DNA from: an uncultured delta proteobacterium
GTDB taxonomy: Bacteria; Desulfobacterota; Desulfuromonadia; Desulfuromonadales; JACZKF01
DNA: 64,000 nucleotides
Assembly (NCBI GenBank): GCA_963816395.1
Contig: CAWFKQ010000007.1
Location: forward strand, 320,001-384,000
Reading direction: 5' to 3'
Below, one piece after another: positions 18,918 through 29,631 of this stretch. Each line of letters begins with the position of its first letter. Position 1 is the stretch's first letter. The notes below the pieces were generated by a model. The model was not told the DNA's origin. It saw only the letters and a list, made by a program, of their open reading frames with translations, and searched no databases. Both the position numbers and the translations under genes were made by a program.

Positions 18918-20690
18918 ATGAATGGCAGCGGGCGAAAAGGAACAGCGGTGAGTTTCGGGGTGGCCCCTGCCGGAAGGGAACGGCGCTGTGTGCTGGAACT
19001 CGACGCCGAATGGAAGATTGCCTCGTGTTCGGCCGATTGCCGACAGATCCTCGGGCTGACCGAAGAGAGGTTGATTGGACAGACCCTGAGGCAGGTTTTC
19101 GATCTGAACCTGCTCCAGGGCCTTCTGGATAATCGATTCTGCTTTGTCGGTCAGCCGGTTCTGGTCGGGCGCAGGAAACTGCTCTGTGACTACCATCCAG
19201 ACCCCGCAGGGAATCAGACGACCGAGGGCACCATATACTTCCGCGGCAGAAGTCCGGGCGAGTTGGAAAGTCCCGCATTGCAGGAGGTTCTGGTCGCGGT
19301 CGATCCCTACCTCGATCTGGAACGCGATGGCCTGCTCCTGGTCAATCGTGCCGCCTGCATTGTGCTGATCAACCAGTCGCTGGCCGAACTGCTGGGGTCC
19401 ACGGCGAGTCAACTGCTCGGCTGTCCCGTCGAAATGTTGAAAGATCTCCCGCCACTTTGCGATCTTGCGGAGACCATGCGCTCCGGCCGGACCGAAGTCA
19501 GCGCCCTGGAGCTTCCACAGGGGCGTGAGGTGGTGATCAACCGCTGGCCAGTGGTGAAAAACCATGAAACCATCGGAGCCCTTGGCAAGGTTCTGTTCCG
19601 GCCGTTGTTCAAGGAAGTGCCGCCGGCAGAAAAACCCTCACCCTACAAGGAGGTGAAAGCTCCGCCGCCGCCTCCGTCCACCCCTGCCGCCCAGGCGTTC
19701 AAGTACGATACCAACAGCATTATCGGCCACAGCCGAGTCATGAAGGAACTCAAGGAGAAACTGCTGCGGATCGCCGATCGCGGCTCCAACGTGCTGCTGC
19801 TCGGGGAAAGCGGCACCGGTAAGGAGTTGTTCGCGCACGCCATTCATGCCGCCAGTAAGCGACGCCACGGGCCTTTCATTCGTGTCAACTGCGCAGCAAT
19901 TCCCGATCATCTGCTCGAATCGGAGCTTTTCGGCTATGTTGAGGGAGCTTTCACCGGGGCCAAAAAGGGGGGGCAGATCGGCAAATTCGAGCAGGCGCAT
20001 AACGGCACCATTTTCCTGGATGAAATCAGCGATATGCCGATTCAGATGCAGGCCAAGCTGCTGCGGGTTCTGCAGGAGAAGGAAGTGACCCCCCTTGGCA
20101 GCACCACGACCCGTCGCATCAATATGCGGGTCATCGCGGCGACCAACATCGATCTGCAACAACTGGTTGCCGATGGACGGTTCCGCACCGATCTCTACTA
20201 CCGGCTCAATATCGTCGCCCTGACCATCCCGCCTCTGCGCGAGAGAGTAGAAGATATCTATTTCATCACCAAGCATATGTTCGATAACTTTAATGCCGAA
20301 TTTGAAATGCGCATCGAGGGGTTGGAGCCGGACGCGTGGGAAGCAATCCAACGTTATGAATTTCCGGGCAACATCCGTGAACTCCGCAATGCCATCGAAT
20401 CCGCGTTCAACATCTCCATGGGCAATACCATCAAGCTCGAGGATCTCCCCCAGCACATCAGTCGAATCGGCGGCACTCTCCCCCTGCATGCCAACGGTCA
20501 ACTGCAGAAGAGCGACCTGACCGCCGGCCTGGGCCGCAAGGCCCTCCAGCAGATCATCGAGGAGTTGGAGAAATACCTGATCGAGCATGCCCTGCAGCAA
20601 TGCGGCGGCAGCAAACTCACTACGGCCAACCTGCTCGGCATCTCCCGTCCGGGGCTCTACAAGAAACTGCAGAAGTACGATCTGCATTGA
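18918..20690 (+). CDS. PAS-domain sigma54-dependent transcriptional activator
   Basis: GESGTGKELFA, ESELFGYVEGAFTGA, FLDEI, FRTDLYYRLN, PGNIRELRN, C-terminal Fis-type HTH. Confidence 0.95.
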   Translation: MNGSGRKGTAVSFGVAPAGRERRCVLELDAEWKIASCSADCRQILGLTEERLIGQTLRQVFDLNLLQGLLDNRFCFVGQPVLVGRRKLLCDYHPDPAGNQTTEGTIYFRGRSPGELESPALQEVLVAVDPYLDLERDGLLLVNRAACIVLINQSLAELLGSTASQLLGCPVEMLKDLPPLCDLAETMRSGRTEVSALELPQGREVVINRWPVVKNHETIGALGKVLFRPLFKEVPPAEKPSPYKEVKAPPPPPSTPAAQAFKYDTNSIIGHSRVMKELKEKLLRIADRGSNVLLLGESGTGKELFAHAIHAASKRRHGPFIRVNCAAIPDHLLESELFGYVEGAFTGAKKGGQIGKFEQAHNGTIFLDEISDMPIQMQAKLLRVLQEKEVTPLGSTTTRRINMRVIAATNIDLQQLVADGRFRTDLYYRLNIVALTIPPLRERVEDIYFITKHMFDNFNAEFEMRIEGLEPDAWEAIQRYEFPGNIRELRNAIESAFNISMGNTIKLEDLPQHISRIGGTLPLHANGQLQKSDLTAGLGRKALQQIIEELEKYLIEHALQQCGGSKLTTANLLGISRPGLYKKLQKYDLH

Positions 20691-20979
20691 ACTTTCATTG
20701 TCTCGGTTTTCCATGAGGGGATCAACATTGTGCCGGTTGCTGCTTGCGGCTGTAAACATCTGGATAACCTGTCACCAATGGATGATTTTCCGCTCCGGAC
20801 CGCATAGAGAGGGTTTCCGGACAGCACTGATGACAGCCGCCCGAGAGTTGTAAACCTTCGGCGACACCCCGGGGCCGGTCGCGGGTCGGCTTCGGAACCC
20901 GTTAAAAAATTAATTTCTCCCTGAAACATTGTATCTAGTGAAACTTTTTGACTCCTGTCGATCATTGTAGAACGCTGTT

Positions 20980-20994
20980 TGGTATTAAACTTGC
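20980..20994 (+). promoter_or_regulatory. Sigma54 promoter of the transporter/acyl-CoA operon
   Basis: TGGTAT-TAAAC-TTGC (GG-N10-GC), with an AT-rich tract upstream. Confidence 0.7.
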
Positions 20995-21122
20995 GTCGAA
21001 ATGCCTGCAAGTCCGCCGAGCGGTCTGCAGCATGACCGGGCACCGCCCGACAAAACCGCTGGAGCGGCAGATCCAGCAGCAAGTCGCGCCCTTTCCACCG
21101 CAGCTTCATCTGGAGTGCCTGC

Positions 21123-21941
21123 ATGTCAACAACGGAAACACCCCCTCTGCTGCAAGTCGACCAGGTATCCCTCTCCTTCGGCGGAGTTCATGCCCTGACC
21201 AACGTCAGCTTCGAAGTCCATGCAGGGGAGATCTTCTCCATCATCGGACCCAACGGAGCGGGCAAAACCTCGATGCTCAACTGCATCTCCGGCAGATACC
21301 AGCCGAACCAGGGGCGCATCCTCTTCAAAGGACGGGAGGTGACCAGCCTGCGCCCGAATGACCGCTGCATTCTCGGCATCGGCCGCACCTTTCAGAACCT
21401 GGCGCTGTTCGCCCACATGACGGTGCTCGACAACATCCTGGTCGGCCGTCACCACCTGCTGAAGAACAACTTCCTGACCGGTTCCCTCTACTGGCTGGTC
21501 GGTGCCCGCAGGGAGGAACTGCGCCACCGCCGCGAGGTGGAAAACATCATCGACTTTCTCGAAATCGCCCACATCCGCAAAGCGGTCGCCGGGACCCTCT
21601 CCTATGGCCTGCGCAAGCGGGTCGAACTGGCCCGCGCGATCGCCTTGCGCCCCGATCTGATCCTGCTCGATGAGCCGATGGCGGGGATGAACCTCGAGGA
21701 GAAGGAGGACATGGCGCGTTACATCATCGACCTCAACGAGGAATGGGGGATGACGGTGGTGATGATCGAGCACGACATGGGAGTGGTCATGGACATTTCC
21801 CAGCGGGTGATGGTGCTCGATTTCGGCCGCAAGATTGCCGACGGCCTGCCGGAAGAGATCATGGCCAACGAACAGGTCAAGACAGCCTATCTCGGCGAGG
21901 AGGGCGACGCCCCTGCCGAAATCGGCCGAGAGGTGGCTTAA
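21123..21941 (+). CDS. LIV-type ABC transporter ATPase (LivG-like)
   Basis: GPNGAGKTS, RTFQN, LLDEPMAG, IEHDM, AYLG. Confidence 0.93.
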   Translation: MSTTETPPLLQVDQVSLSFGGVHALTNVSFEVHAGEIFSIIGPNGAGKTSMLNCISGRYQPNQGRILFKGREVTSLRPNDRCILGIGRTFQNLALFAHMTVLDNILVGRHHLLKNNFLTGSLYWLVGARREELRHRREVENIIDFLEIAHIRKAVAGTLSYGLRKRVELARAIALRPDLILLDEPMAGMNLEEKEDMARYIIDLNEEWGMTVVMIEHDMGVVMDISQRVMVLDFGRKIADGLPEEIMANEQVKTAYLGEEGDAPAEIGREVA

Positions 21942-23933
21942 TGCGCAGTGCGACCCCTGACTATGCCGATATCACCAGGCTCGACACCTTTCCCAAGCTG
22001 CTCGCCCACAACGCGGCGCACTGGCCAGAGCGGGTGGCGCTGCGCGAGAAGGAGTTCGGCATCTGGAACGAATTCACCTGGGCCGACTACCACGCCAGCG
22101 TCAAGGGGTTTGCCCTGGGGATGCACGCCCTCGGCGTCGGCCGCGGCGACTCGGTCGGCATTATCGGCGACAACCGCCCCGAGTGGGTCTACGGCGAGAT
22201 CGCCGCGCACGCCCTTGGGGCGATGATCTTCGGCATCTACCAGGATTCCCTCAATGAGGAGGTCGCTTACCTGATCAACTACGCCGGGGCGAAGATCATC
22301 ATCGCCGAGGATGAGGAGCAGGTCGACAAGGTGCTGGAGATCACGGAACAGTGCCCCTGCGTCGAGCACATCGTCTACTGTGATCCCCGCGGCATGCGCA
22401 AGTACGACGACCCGCGGCTGATGAGCCAGGAGCAGCTGGTCGCTCGCGGCGCCGAGTTCGAAGCGACACAGCCGCAGTTCTACGAGCAGCTGGCTGGCGC
22501 AGGGGAACGGCGAGGATGTCGCCATCCTCTGTCCTACCTCGGGGACGACTTCCGATCCAAAGCTCGCCATGCTCCAGGCCGGGCCGATGCTGCGGCACTG
22601 CATCGCTTATCTCGATGCCGATCCCAAGTGCCCCGGGGACAACTACGTCTCGGTCCTGCCGCTGCCGTGGATCATGGAACAGATCTACGCTGTCGCCCAG
22701 GCCCTCATTTGCCGGTCGGTGGTCAATTTCGTCGAGGAACCGGAGACGATGATGAGCGATCTGCGCGAAATCGGCCCGAACTTCGTGCTGCTGGCGCCGC
22801 GGGTCTGGGAGTCGGTCGCGGCCGACGTCAAGGCGCGGATGATGGACGCCACCCGCTTCAAGCAGGCGATGTTCCGCTACGGAATGCGGCTGGCCGAGCA
22901 GGCGGCGCGGAAGAAGCCGGGCGGCAAGTCGAAGCTCGCCTACTGGCTGCTGTTCCGCGCCCTCAAAGACCGCCTCGGCTTCACCAATCTGACTTCGGCA
23001 GCAACCGGCGGGGCGGCCCTCGGGCCGGACACCTTCAAGTTCTTCCTCGCCATGGGGGTGCCGCTGCGCCAGCTTTACGGCCAGACCGAACTGGCCGGCG
23101 CCTATACCATCCACGCGGCCGACGATGTTGATTTCGACTCGGTCGGCATTCCCTTTAAAACGTCAGAGGTGCGCATCGACAACCCCGATGAGAACGGCGT
23201 CGGCGAAATCGTGGCCCGCACCCCGGGCATGTTCCTCGGCTACTACAAGAACGCAGCGGCGGCGGCCGCAACCCTGGAGGACGGCTGGATGCGCACCGGC
23301 GACGCGGGCTACTTCAAAAAGGAGAACGGCCACCTGGTGGTTATTGACCGGATCTCCGATATCGCCACGACCTCCACCGGTGCCCGCTTCTCGCCGCAGT
23401 TCATCGAGAACAAGCTGAAGTTCTCGCCATTCATCGCCGAGGCGGTGATCCAGGGACACGATCATCCCTATCTGGCCGCCATCCTCTGCATCCGTTTCGA
23501 GATCGTCGCCAAATGGGCCGAGCAGCGCGGCATCGCTTTCACCAACTACATCAACCTCTCGGCGCTGCCGGAGGTCTACGCGATGATCCGGAAAGAGGTC
23601 GTGACGGTCAACGCAACCCTCCCCGAAGCGCACCGGATCCGCAAGTTCCTGCTCCTCTACAAACAACTCGATGCCGACGACGGTGAGCTGACCCGCACCC
23701 GCAAGGTGCGCCGCGGGGTGATCCGCGATAAGTACGCCGATATCATCGACGCCATCTACAGCGACCTGGAGACGGTGCATATCGATACCGTCATCACCTT
23801 CCAGGACGGTGCCAAATCGCGGGTGCAGACCGAGGTACGGGTTGTCGACCTCGGGCCTCCGGCGCCGCCCGCTCCCGAACAGCCGAAGTGGCGATCTGAA
23901 CAGCCCGTAACCATGGCAAGGAGAATCGGATGA
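21941..23933 (+). CDS. Long-chain acyl-CoA synthetase (AMP-forming; frameshift near 22505)
   Basis: ALREKEFGIW, TSGTTS.PK (frame-corrected), YGQTE, WMRTGDAG, IENKLK, ELTRTRKVRR. Confidence 0.9.
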
Positions 23934-24823
23934 AGTTCGACCTGCTGCTGCAACTGATGGTCAACGGCATCATCATCGGCACCCTCTACGGCGTGGTGGC
24001 GATGTGTTTCGTGTTGATCTACAAGTCGACCCGGGTGGTCAACTTCGCCCAAGGGGAATTCCTGCTGATCGGCGCATGGACCTGCTGGGCGCTGCTGGTC
24101 AAGTTCGAACTCCCCTTCTATATCGGTTTCCCGATCACCCTGGTCTTTATGCTTGTCTTCGGCGTGTTGCTGCAGATCGTGGTGCTCCGGCCGATGATCG
24201 GCGAGCCGATCATTTCGGTGATCATGGTCACCATCGGCCTGTCGATGTTCTTCCAGTCATTGATGAGCATGATGTTCGGCGGTTTCGCCCGCCCCTTCCC
24301 GCAGGTCTTCGAGACCGTCAGCGTCAACATCCTCGGCTTGCAGATTCAGAGTGCCTATATCATGAGCCTGATCATCTCGGTGGTGATCATGATCGGCTTC
24401 TACTACTTCTTCAAGTATTCCAAGACCGGCCTGGCGATGCGCGCCACAGCCTTCGACCAGCAGGTAGCGCAAAGCCTGGGGATTTCGGTCAAGCACGTCT
24501 TCGCCGCCGCCTGGGCGATTTCGGCGATGGTCTCGGCGCTGGCCGGGGTCGTGGTGGGGATGGTCAACGGCGTCTCCTCGGCCCTCTCCTTCTTTGGCAT
24601 CAAAGTCTTCCCGGCGGTCATCCTCGGCGGCCTCGACTCGATTATCGGCGCGATCGTCGGCGGCCTGGTGGTCGGCGTACTGGAGAACCTCGCCGAATTC
24701 TTCGACAGCCAGTGGCTGCACATCGGTAACATGTACACCATTGCCCCCTTCTACGCGCTGGTGATCATCCTGATGATCAAGCCCTACGGTTTCTTCGGCA
24801 CCAAGGCCATCGAGAGGATCTGA
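23930..24823 (+). CDS. LIV-type ABC permease (LivH-like)
   Basis: VNFAQGEF, GLAMRATA, ILGGLDSI. Confidence 0.93.
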   Translation: MKFDLLLQLMVNGIIIGTLYGVVAMCFVLIYKSTRVVNFAQGEFLLIGAWTCWALLVKFELPFYIGFPITLVFMLVFGVLLQIVVLRPMIGEPIISVIMVTIGLSMFFQSLMSMMFGGFARPFPQVFETVSVNILGLQIQSAYIMSLIISVVIMIGFYYFFKYSKTGLAMRATAFDQQVAQSLGISVKHVFAAAWAISAMVSALAGVVVGMVNGVSSALSFFGIKVFPAVILGGLDSIIGAIVGGLVVGVLENLAEFFDSQWLHIGNMYTIAPFYALVIILMIKPYGFFGTKAIERI

Positions 24824-24826
24824 TCC

Positions 24827-25891
24827 ATGGCAACCGGACACGCAATGATGCGCTGCGGTCAGTTCCGCACCACCTACCAGGCCGACACCACCATCTTTCC
24901 GACACCCATGTCACGCAACTTCGCCATCGGTTCGGTGTTGCTGCTGCTGGTGTCACCGGCCGTGCTCAACACCTATTTTCTCAATCTGCTGATCCAGATC
25001 GGTTACTACGGCATCGCCGCGCTGGGGCTGAACATCGTGGTCGGCTTCACCGGGCAGATTTCCCTGGGCCATGCCGCCTTTTTCGGTTTCGGCGCCTTCG
25101 CCTCAGCCTGGTTCAATACCCGCTTCGGCATCCCGGTATTTTTCTGCATCCCGCTTGCCGGAGTGCTGACCCTGTTGGTCGGGCTGATCGTCGGCATCCC
25201 GGCCGGGCGCATCAAAGGACTTTACCTGGCGATCGCCACCCTCGCCTCACAGTATATCCTCGAGGATTTCTTCGCCCGCGCCGACTGGTTCACCGGCGGC
25301 TCCTACGGGGCCATGGCGGCACCCTTTGCCCTGTTCGGCTACAGCCTCAACACCGATCGCAGCTACTTCTACGTGGTGCTCTTCTACGTGGTCGTCATGT
25401 ACCTGCTCGGCACCAATCTGCTGCGCAGCCGCGACGGGCGCGCCTTTGTGGCAGTGCGCGATCACTACCTGTCGGCCGAGATCATGGGAATCAACCTGAC
25501 GAAATACCGCATCCTCTCCTTCGGCATTTCCTCCTTCTATGCCGGTGTCGGCGGCGCCCTGTTCGGCCATTATCTCGGTTTCGTCTCCGCCGAGGGTTTC
25601 ACCATCCTGCTTTCGATCCAGTTTCTCGCCATGGTCATCATCGGCGGGCTCGGCTCGGTGATGGGTTCGCTGATGGGGACCGCCTTCATGGTCCTGCTGC
25701 CGGAGGTCATGGAAGGGGGCGTGCACCTGATCGGCAACGGATCGCCGGGACTGACCCAGGCGCTCGCCTACATCAAGGAGATGGCGATCGGTTTGGCAAT
25801 CATCCTGTTTCTGATCTTCGAACCGGACGGGCTGGCTCATCGCTGGCGGATGATCAAGGCCTATTGGAAGCTTTACCCCTTCTCCTATTGA
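24827..25891 (+). CDS. LIV-type ABC permease (LivM-like)
   Basis: GQISLGHAAF, GLYLAIATLA, GRAFVAVRD, IIGGLGS, EPDGL. Confidence 0.93.
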   Translation: MATGHAMMRCGQFRTTYQADTTIFPTPMSRNFAIGSVLLLLVSPAVLNTYFLNLLIQIGYYGIAALGLNIVVGFTGQISLGHAAFFGFGAFASAWFNTRFGIPVFFCIPLAGVLTLLVGLIVGIPAGRIKGLYLAIATLASQYILEDFFARADWFTGGSYGAMAAPFALFGYSLNTDRSYFYVVLFYVVVMYLLGTNLLRSRDGRAFVAVRDHYLSAEIMGINLTKYRILSFGISSFYAGVGGALFGHYLGFVSAEGFTILLSIQFLAMVIIGGLGSVMGSLMGTAFMVLLPEVMEGGVHLIGNGSPGLTQALAYIKEMAIGLAIILFLIFEPDGLAHRWRMIKAYWKLYPFSY

Positions 25892-25998
25892 AAGACGATT
25901 ATCCTGGCTCTGGACGGCCGCGAGCTGCTTCAGCTCAGCCAGCGGGAATGATCCCGGCGGTGAAGATCAGCTTAACCACGTAAAGAAGGAGGAAGATC

Positions 25999-27244
25999 AT
26001 GCGTAAGGGTCTGATTTTCAGCACCATCCTGGCGGTTGGCCTGGGGCTGGCCGGCGTCGCCGCAGCCACCGATACCATCCCGGTCGGACATCTGGCCTGT
26101 TATACCGGCCCGACCTCCGACGTCGGCATCCCCTACGGCAACGGGGTCGCCGACACCCTGAATTACATCAACAAGCACGGCGGCATCAATGGCAAGCAGA
26201 TCGAGTTTGAAACCGTCGACTATTCCTACAAGGCACCGCAGGCGGTGGCGACCTACAAGAAGTGGTTGTCGGGTCTGAAGCCGGTCGCTATCCAGGGTTG
26301 GGGGACCGCGGATACCGAGGCGCTGGTGCAGTTCATTGCTCAGGATGAAATCCCCTACTATCTCCGCCTCCTACTCGGGGCACCTGACCGACCCCACCGG
26401 CAAGTCGCCGCGCACCAAATCGCCGGCGCCTTACAACTACTTCTACGGTCCCTCCTATTCCGACGCCTGCCGCGGCCTGGTGCAGTGGGGGATGGATGAC
26501 TGGAAGGCAAAAGGGAAGAGCGGCAAGCCAAAATTCGTCCACATGGGGGACAACCACCCCTATCCGAACGCCCCGAAGGAAGCCTGCGGCGAATATGCCA
26601 AGGAACTCGGCTTTGAGGTGCTCAACCCCATCGTCTATTCCCTCAAGCCGGCCGACGCCAAGGCACAATGCCTGTCCCTCAAGGAATCGGGCGCCAACTA
26701 CGCCTATCTCGGCAATACCTCCGGCTCCAACATCTCGCTGCTCAAGTCCTGCTCGATGGTGGGCGTGCAGACTCAATTCCTCTCCAACATCTGGGGTTGG
26801 GACGAGAACTCGATCAAGGCTTCCGAAGGGGCCGGCGACGGCCTCGCCTGGGTCGTCGGGGCGCCTTCCTGGGGAACCGACGTACCGGGGATGAAGACCC
26901 TGCAGGAAGTTTCCAAGATGTCCGATCCGAGCGGCCAACTCTACCGTCCACTGCATTACATGCGCGGCGCCTGCGCCGCCTTCTTCATGCGCGATGCGAT
27001 GCTCGCCGCCGACAAGATGGGTAAAGTGACCGGGCCGAACATCAAGAAGGCGATGGACCAGATGAAGGACCATGTGCCGGCCGGGCTGGAAGGCGTCTGC
27101 ACACCATCGACCTGGACCGCCGAGGACCATCGCGGCACCACCGAGGTGGGGATTTTCACCAGCCAGTTCAACGGCGGCAACTTCACCATGACCCGGCTCT
27201 CGACCGTGGAAGTCCCGCGCCGCGCCGACTGGCTCGGCTGGTAA
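25999..27244 (+). CDS. LIV-type ABC substrate-binding protein (frameshift near 26360)
   Basis: Signal peptide; YTGPTSDVG, INKHGGINGK; continues in ORF 26336..27244. Confidence 0.9.
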
Positions 27245-27255
27245 ATGAGCAGAAG

Positions 27256-27294
27256 CGGGGGATGCGGGATGCGGCCGAGATCCTGCGTCCCCCG
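27256..27294 (+). terminator. Intercistronic stem-loop after the SBP gene (mRNA stabiliser or partial terminator)
   Basis: CGGGGGATGCGGGAT / ATCCTGCGTCCCCCG with no U tract. Confidence 0.5.
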
Positions 27295-27317
27295 TCTGAC
27301 CTTCAAGGAGTTCGTTT

Positions 27318-28139
27318 ATGGCTGAGCCGGCGCAGCAGACGACGGTCAAGGAATCGATCCTCAGCGTCAACAACATCGAAGTCGTCTATGACGAGGTGAT
27401 CCTGGTGCTGCGCGGCATCAGCCTGGAGGTTCCCCAAGGAGAAATCGTCACCCTGCTCGGTCCCAACGGGGCGGGCAAATCGACGACCCTCAAAGCCATC
27501 TCCGGCCTGCTCAAAACCGAGGACGGCAAGGTCACCCGCGGCAACATCACCTTCATGGGGGAGAACATCACCAACCGCGCCCCGGACGAGATCGTACGCA
27601 AGGGGATTTTCCAGGTTATGGAAGGGCGGCGCATCGTCGAGGACATGACGGTGATCGAGAATCTGCGCCTGGGGGCCTACACGCGCAAAGACAACCGGGT
27701 GCGCCAGGATATCGAAATGGTATTCAACTACTTTCCCCGCCTTAAGGAACGCACCGGCCTCGCCGGTTATCTCTCCGGCGGCGAGCAGCAGATGCTGGCG
27801 ATCGGCCGGGCGGTGATGGCCCGACCGAAGATGATCCTGCTTGACGAACCGTCCATGGGGCTCTCGCCCCTGCTGGTCAGGGAGGTCTTCGAGATCATCC
27901 GCTCGATCAACCGCGAGCAGGGGATTACCATGCTCCTGGTTGAGCAGAATGCCAACATGGCCCTGCACAGCGCCAGTTACGGGTACGTCATGGAGTCGGG
28001 GAAGATCGTCCTCGACGGCACCCGCGAGGAGCTGTTGAGCAATGAGGACATGAAGGAGTTTTACCTCGCCGGCGGCGACAAAGAGCGCCGCTCATTCAAG
28101 AACATCAAATCGTATAAGCGCCGCAAGCGCTGGATGTAG
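27318..28139 (+). CDS. LIV-type ABC transporter ATPase (LivF-like)
   Basis: GPNGAGKST, LSGGEQQML, LDEPSMGLSP, VEQN. Confidence 0.94.
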   Translation: MAEPAQQTTVKESILSVNNIEVVYDEVILVLRGISLEVPQGEIVTLLGPNGAGKSTTLKAISGLLKTEDGKVTRGNITFMGENITNRAPDEIVRKGIFQVMEGRRIVEDMTVIENLRLGAYTRKDNRVRQDIEMVFNYFPRLKERTGLAGYLSGGEQQMLAIGRAVMARPKMILLDEPSMGLSPLLVREVFEIIRSINREQGITMLLVEQNANMALHSASYGYVMESGKIVLDGTREELLSNEDMKEFYLAGGDKERRSFKNIKSYKRRKRWM

Positions 28140-28241
28140 GTGTTCGGCGGCCGGCCTTAGCGGCCCAATTCGACGTAGCTCCGCTACGCCTGCAGCCTCA
28201 GTCCTGCGCAAGCCTTGCATCTGGACCCTTATCGACCGCCT
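28138..28241. repeat. Degenerate palindromic intergenic element (MITE/REP-like)
   Basis: Ends AGGTGTTCG..CGACCGCCT, central GACGTAGC-TCC-GCTACGCC palindrome, GCCTTGCATCTGGA motif. Confidence 0.45.
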
Positions 28242-28358
28242 CGGGACAGGTTGGTTCGGACCGTCCTCAAAGCTATTTGAAAAAGTCTTTGTTGTTTGAT
28301 TCTCTGTTCGTCCGTGCCTGGCCAACAGATTGATTTTGACTGAAATCTCGGAGCAGCC

Positions 28359-29603
28359 ATGAGCGAATTCTTCGACACCCTCGAAACCCGCCTGCCGGAG
28401 CAGCGCGAGGCCGAGCTGTTCGCGCAGCTGGCCGCGCAGGTCGCCCACGCCCGGCAGCAGGCCCCGGCCTTCGCCGAGCTCCTCGCCGGTGTCGATCCGG
28501 CCTGGGTGAACAGCCGCGAGGCCCTGACGAGGCTGCCGCTGCTGCGCAAATCGGAACTGATCGAGCGTCAAGGGCAACAGCCGATCTTCGGCGGCCTGAC
28601 CGGACTTCAGGCACCAGCGCTGACCCAGGTGTTCGCCTCGCCCGGACCGATCTTTGAACCGGGCTCGCGGCGTCCCGATTTCTGGCGCTTCGCCCGGGCC
28701 TTGCACGCCGCCGGTTTCCGGCGCGGAGAGATCATCCACAACTGTTTCTCCTATCACTTCACCCCGGCCGGGATGATGGTCGAATCAGGCGCCCAGGCAC
28801 TCGGTTGCGCGGTGGTGCCGGCCGGGGTCGGGCAAACCGAAATGCAGGTTCAGGTGATGAGCCATGTCCGCCCCCAGGGGTACGTCGGCACCCCGTCGTT
28901 TCTCAAGCTGATCCTCGACAAGGCCGAGGAACTCGGCACAGACCTTGCCAGTCTGAGCAAGGCGCTGGTCTCCGGCGAGTACCTGTCGCCGAGCCTCCGC
29001 CAGGCTATGGCCGGGCGCGGCATCGCGGTGTTGCAGTGCTACGCCACTGCCGATCTCGGGCTGATCGCCTACGAGTCGGAGGCCAGGGAAGGGATGATCG
29101 TCGACGAGGGGATCATCCTCGAGATCGTTCGTCCTGGCACCGGCGATCCGGTGCCGGACGGCGAGGTCGGCGAGGTGGTGGTGACCAGCCTCAATCCCGA
29201 CTACCCGCTGATCCGTTTCGCTACCGGTGATCTTTCCGCGATCCTGCCGGGGGAAAGCCCCTGCGGCCGCACCAACAGACGGATCAGGGGGTGGCTGGGA
29301 CGCGCCGACCAGACCACCAAGGTACGCGGCATGTTCGTCCACCCGGGCCAGATCGACGCGGTGCTCAAGCGCCACCCGGAGCTCGGCCGCGGGCGGCTGG
29401 TGGTGGCGCGCGCCGATGACCGGGATTCCATGACCCTGCACGCCGAGCTGCAGCTGAACGGCGCCGCCCGTGACGGGCTGGCCGCGGCGGTGGTCGAGAG
29501 TATCCGCGAACTCTGCAAATTGCGCGCAGAGGTAGAACTGGCCGCGCCGGGCAGCCTGCCGAATGACGGTAAGGTCATCGACGATACCCGGCCGATCGAT
29601 TAA
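28359..29603 (+). CDS. Phenylacetate-CoA ligase family protein
   Basis: FASPGPIFEP, NCFSYHFTPAG, YVGTPSFL, YATADLG, IRFATGDLS, GRADQTTKVRGMFV. Confidence 0.9.
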   Translation: MSEFFDTLETRLPEQREAELFAQLAAQVAHARQQAPAFAELLAGVDPAWVNSREALTRLPLLRKSELIERQGQQPIFGGLTGLQAPALTQVFASPGPIFEPGSRRPDFWRFARALHAAGFRRGEIIHNCFSYHFTPAGMMVESGAQALGCAVVPAGVGQTEMQVQVMSHVRPQGYVGTPSFLKLILDKAEELGTDLASLSKALVSGEYLSPSLRQAMAGRGIAVLQCYATADLGLIAYESEAREGMIVDEGIILEIVRPGTGDPVPDGEVGEVVVTSLNPDYPLIRFATGDLSAILPGESPCGRTNRRIRGWLGRADQTTKVRGMFVHPGQIDAVLKRHPELGRGRLVVARADDRDSMTLHAELQLNGAARDGLAAAVVESIRELCKLRAEVELAAPGSLPNDGKVIDDTRPID

Positions 29604-29631
29604 GACGTATCCATCTATCCCAGGGGGAATC

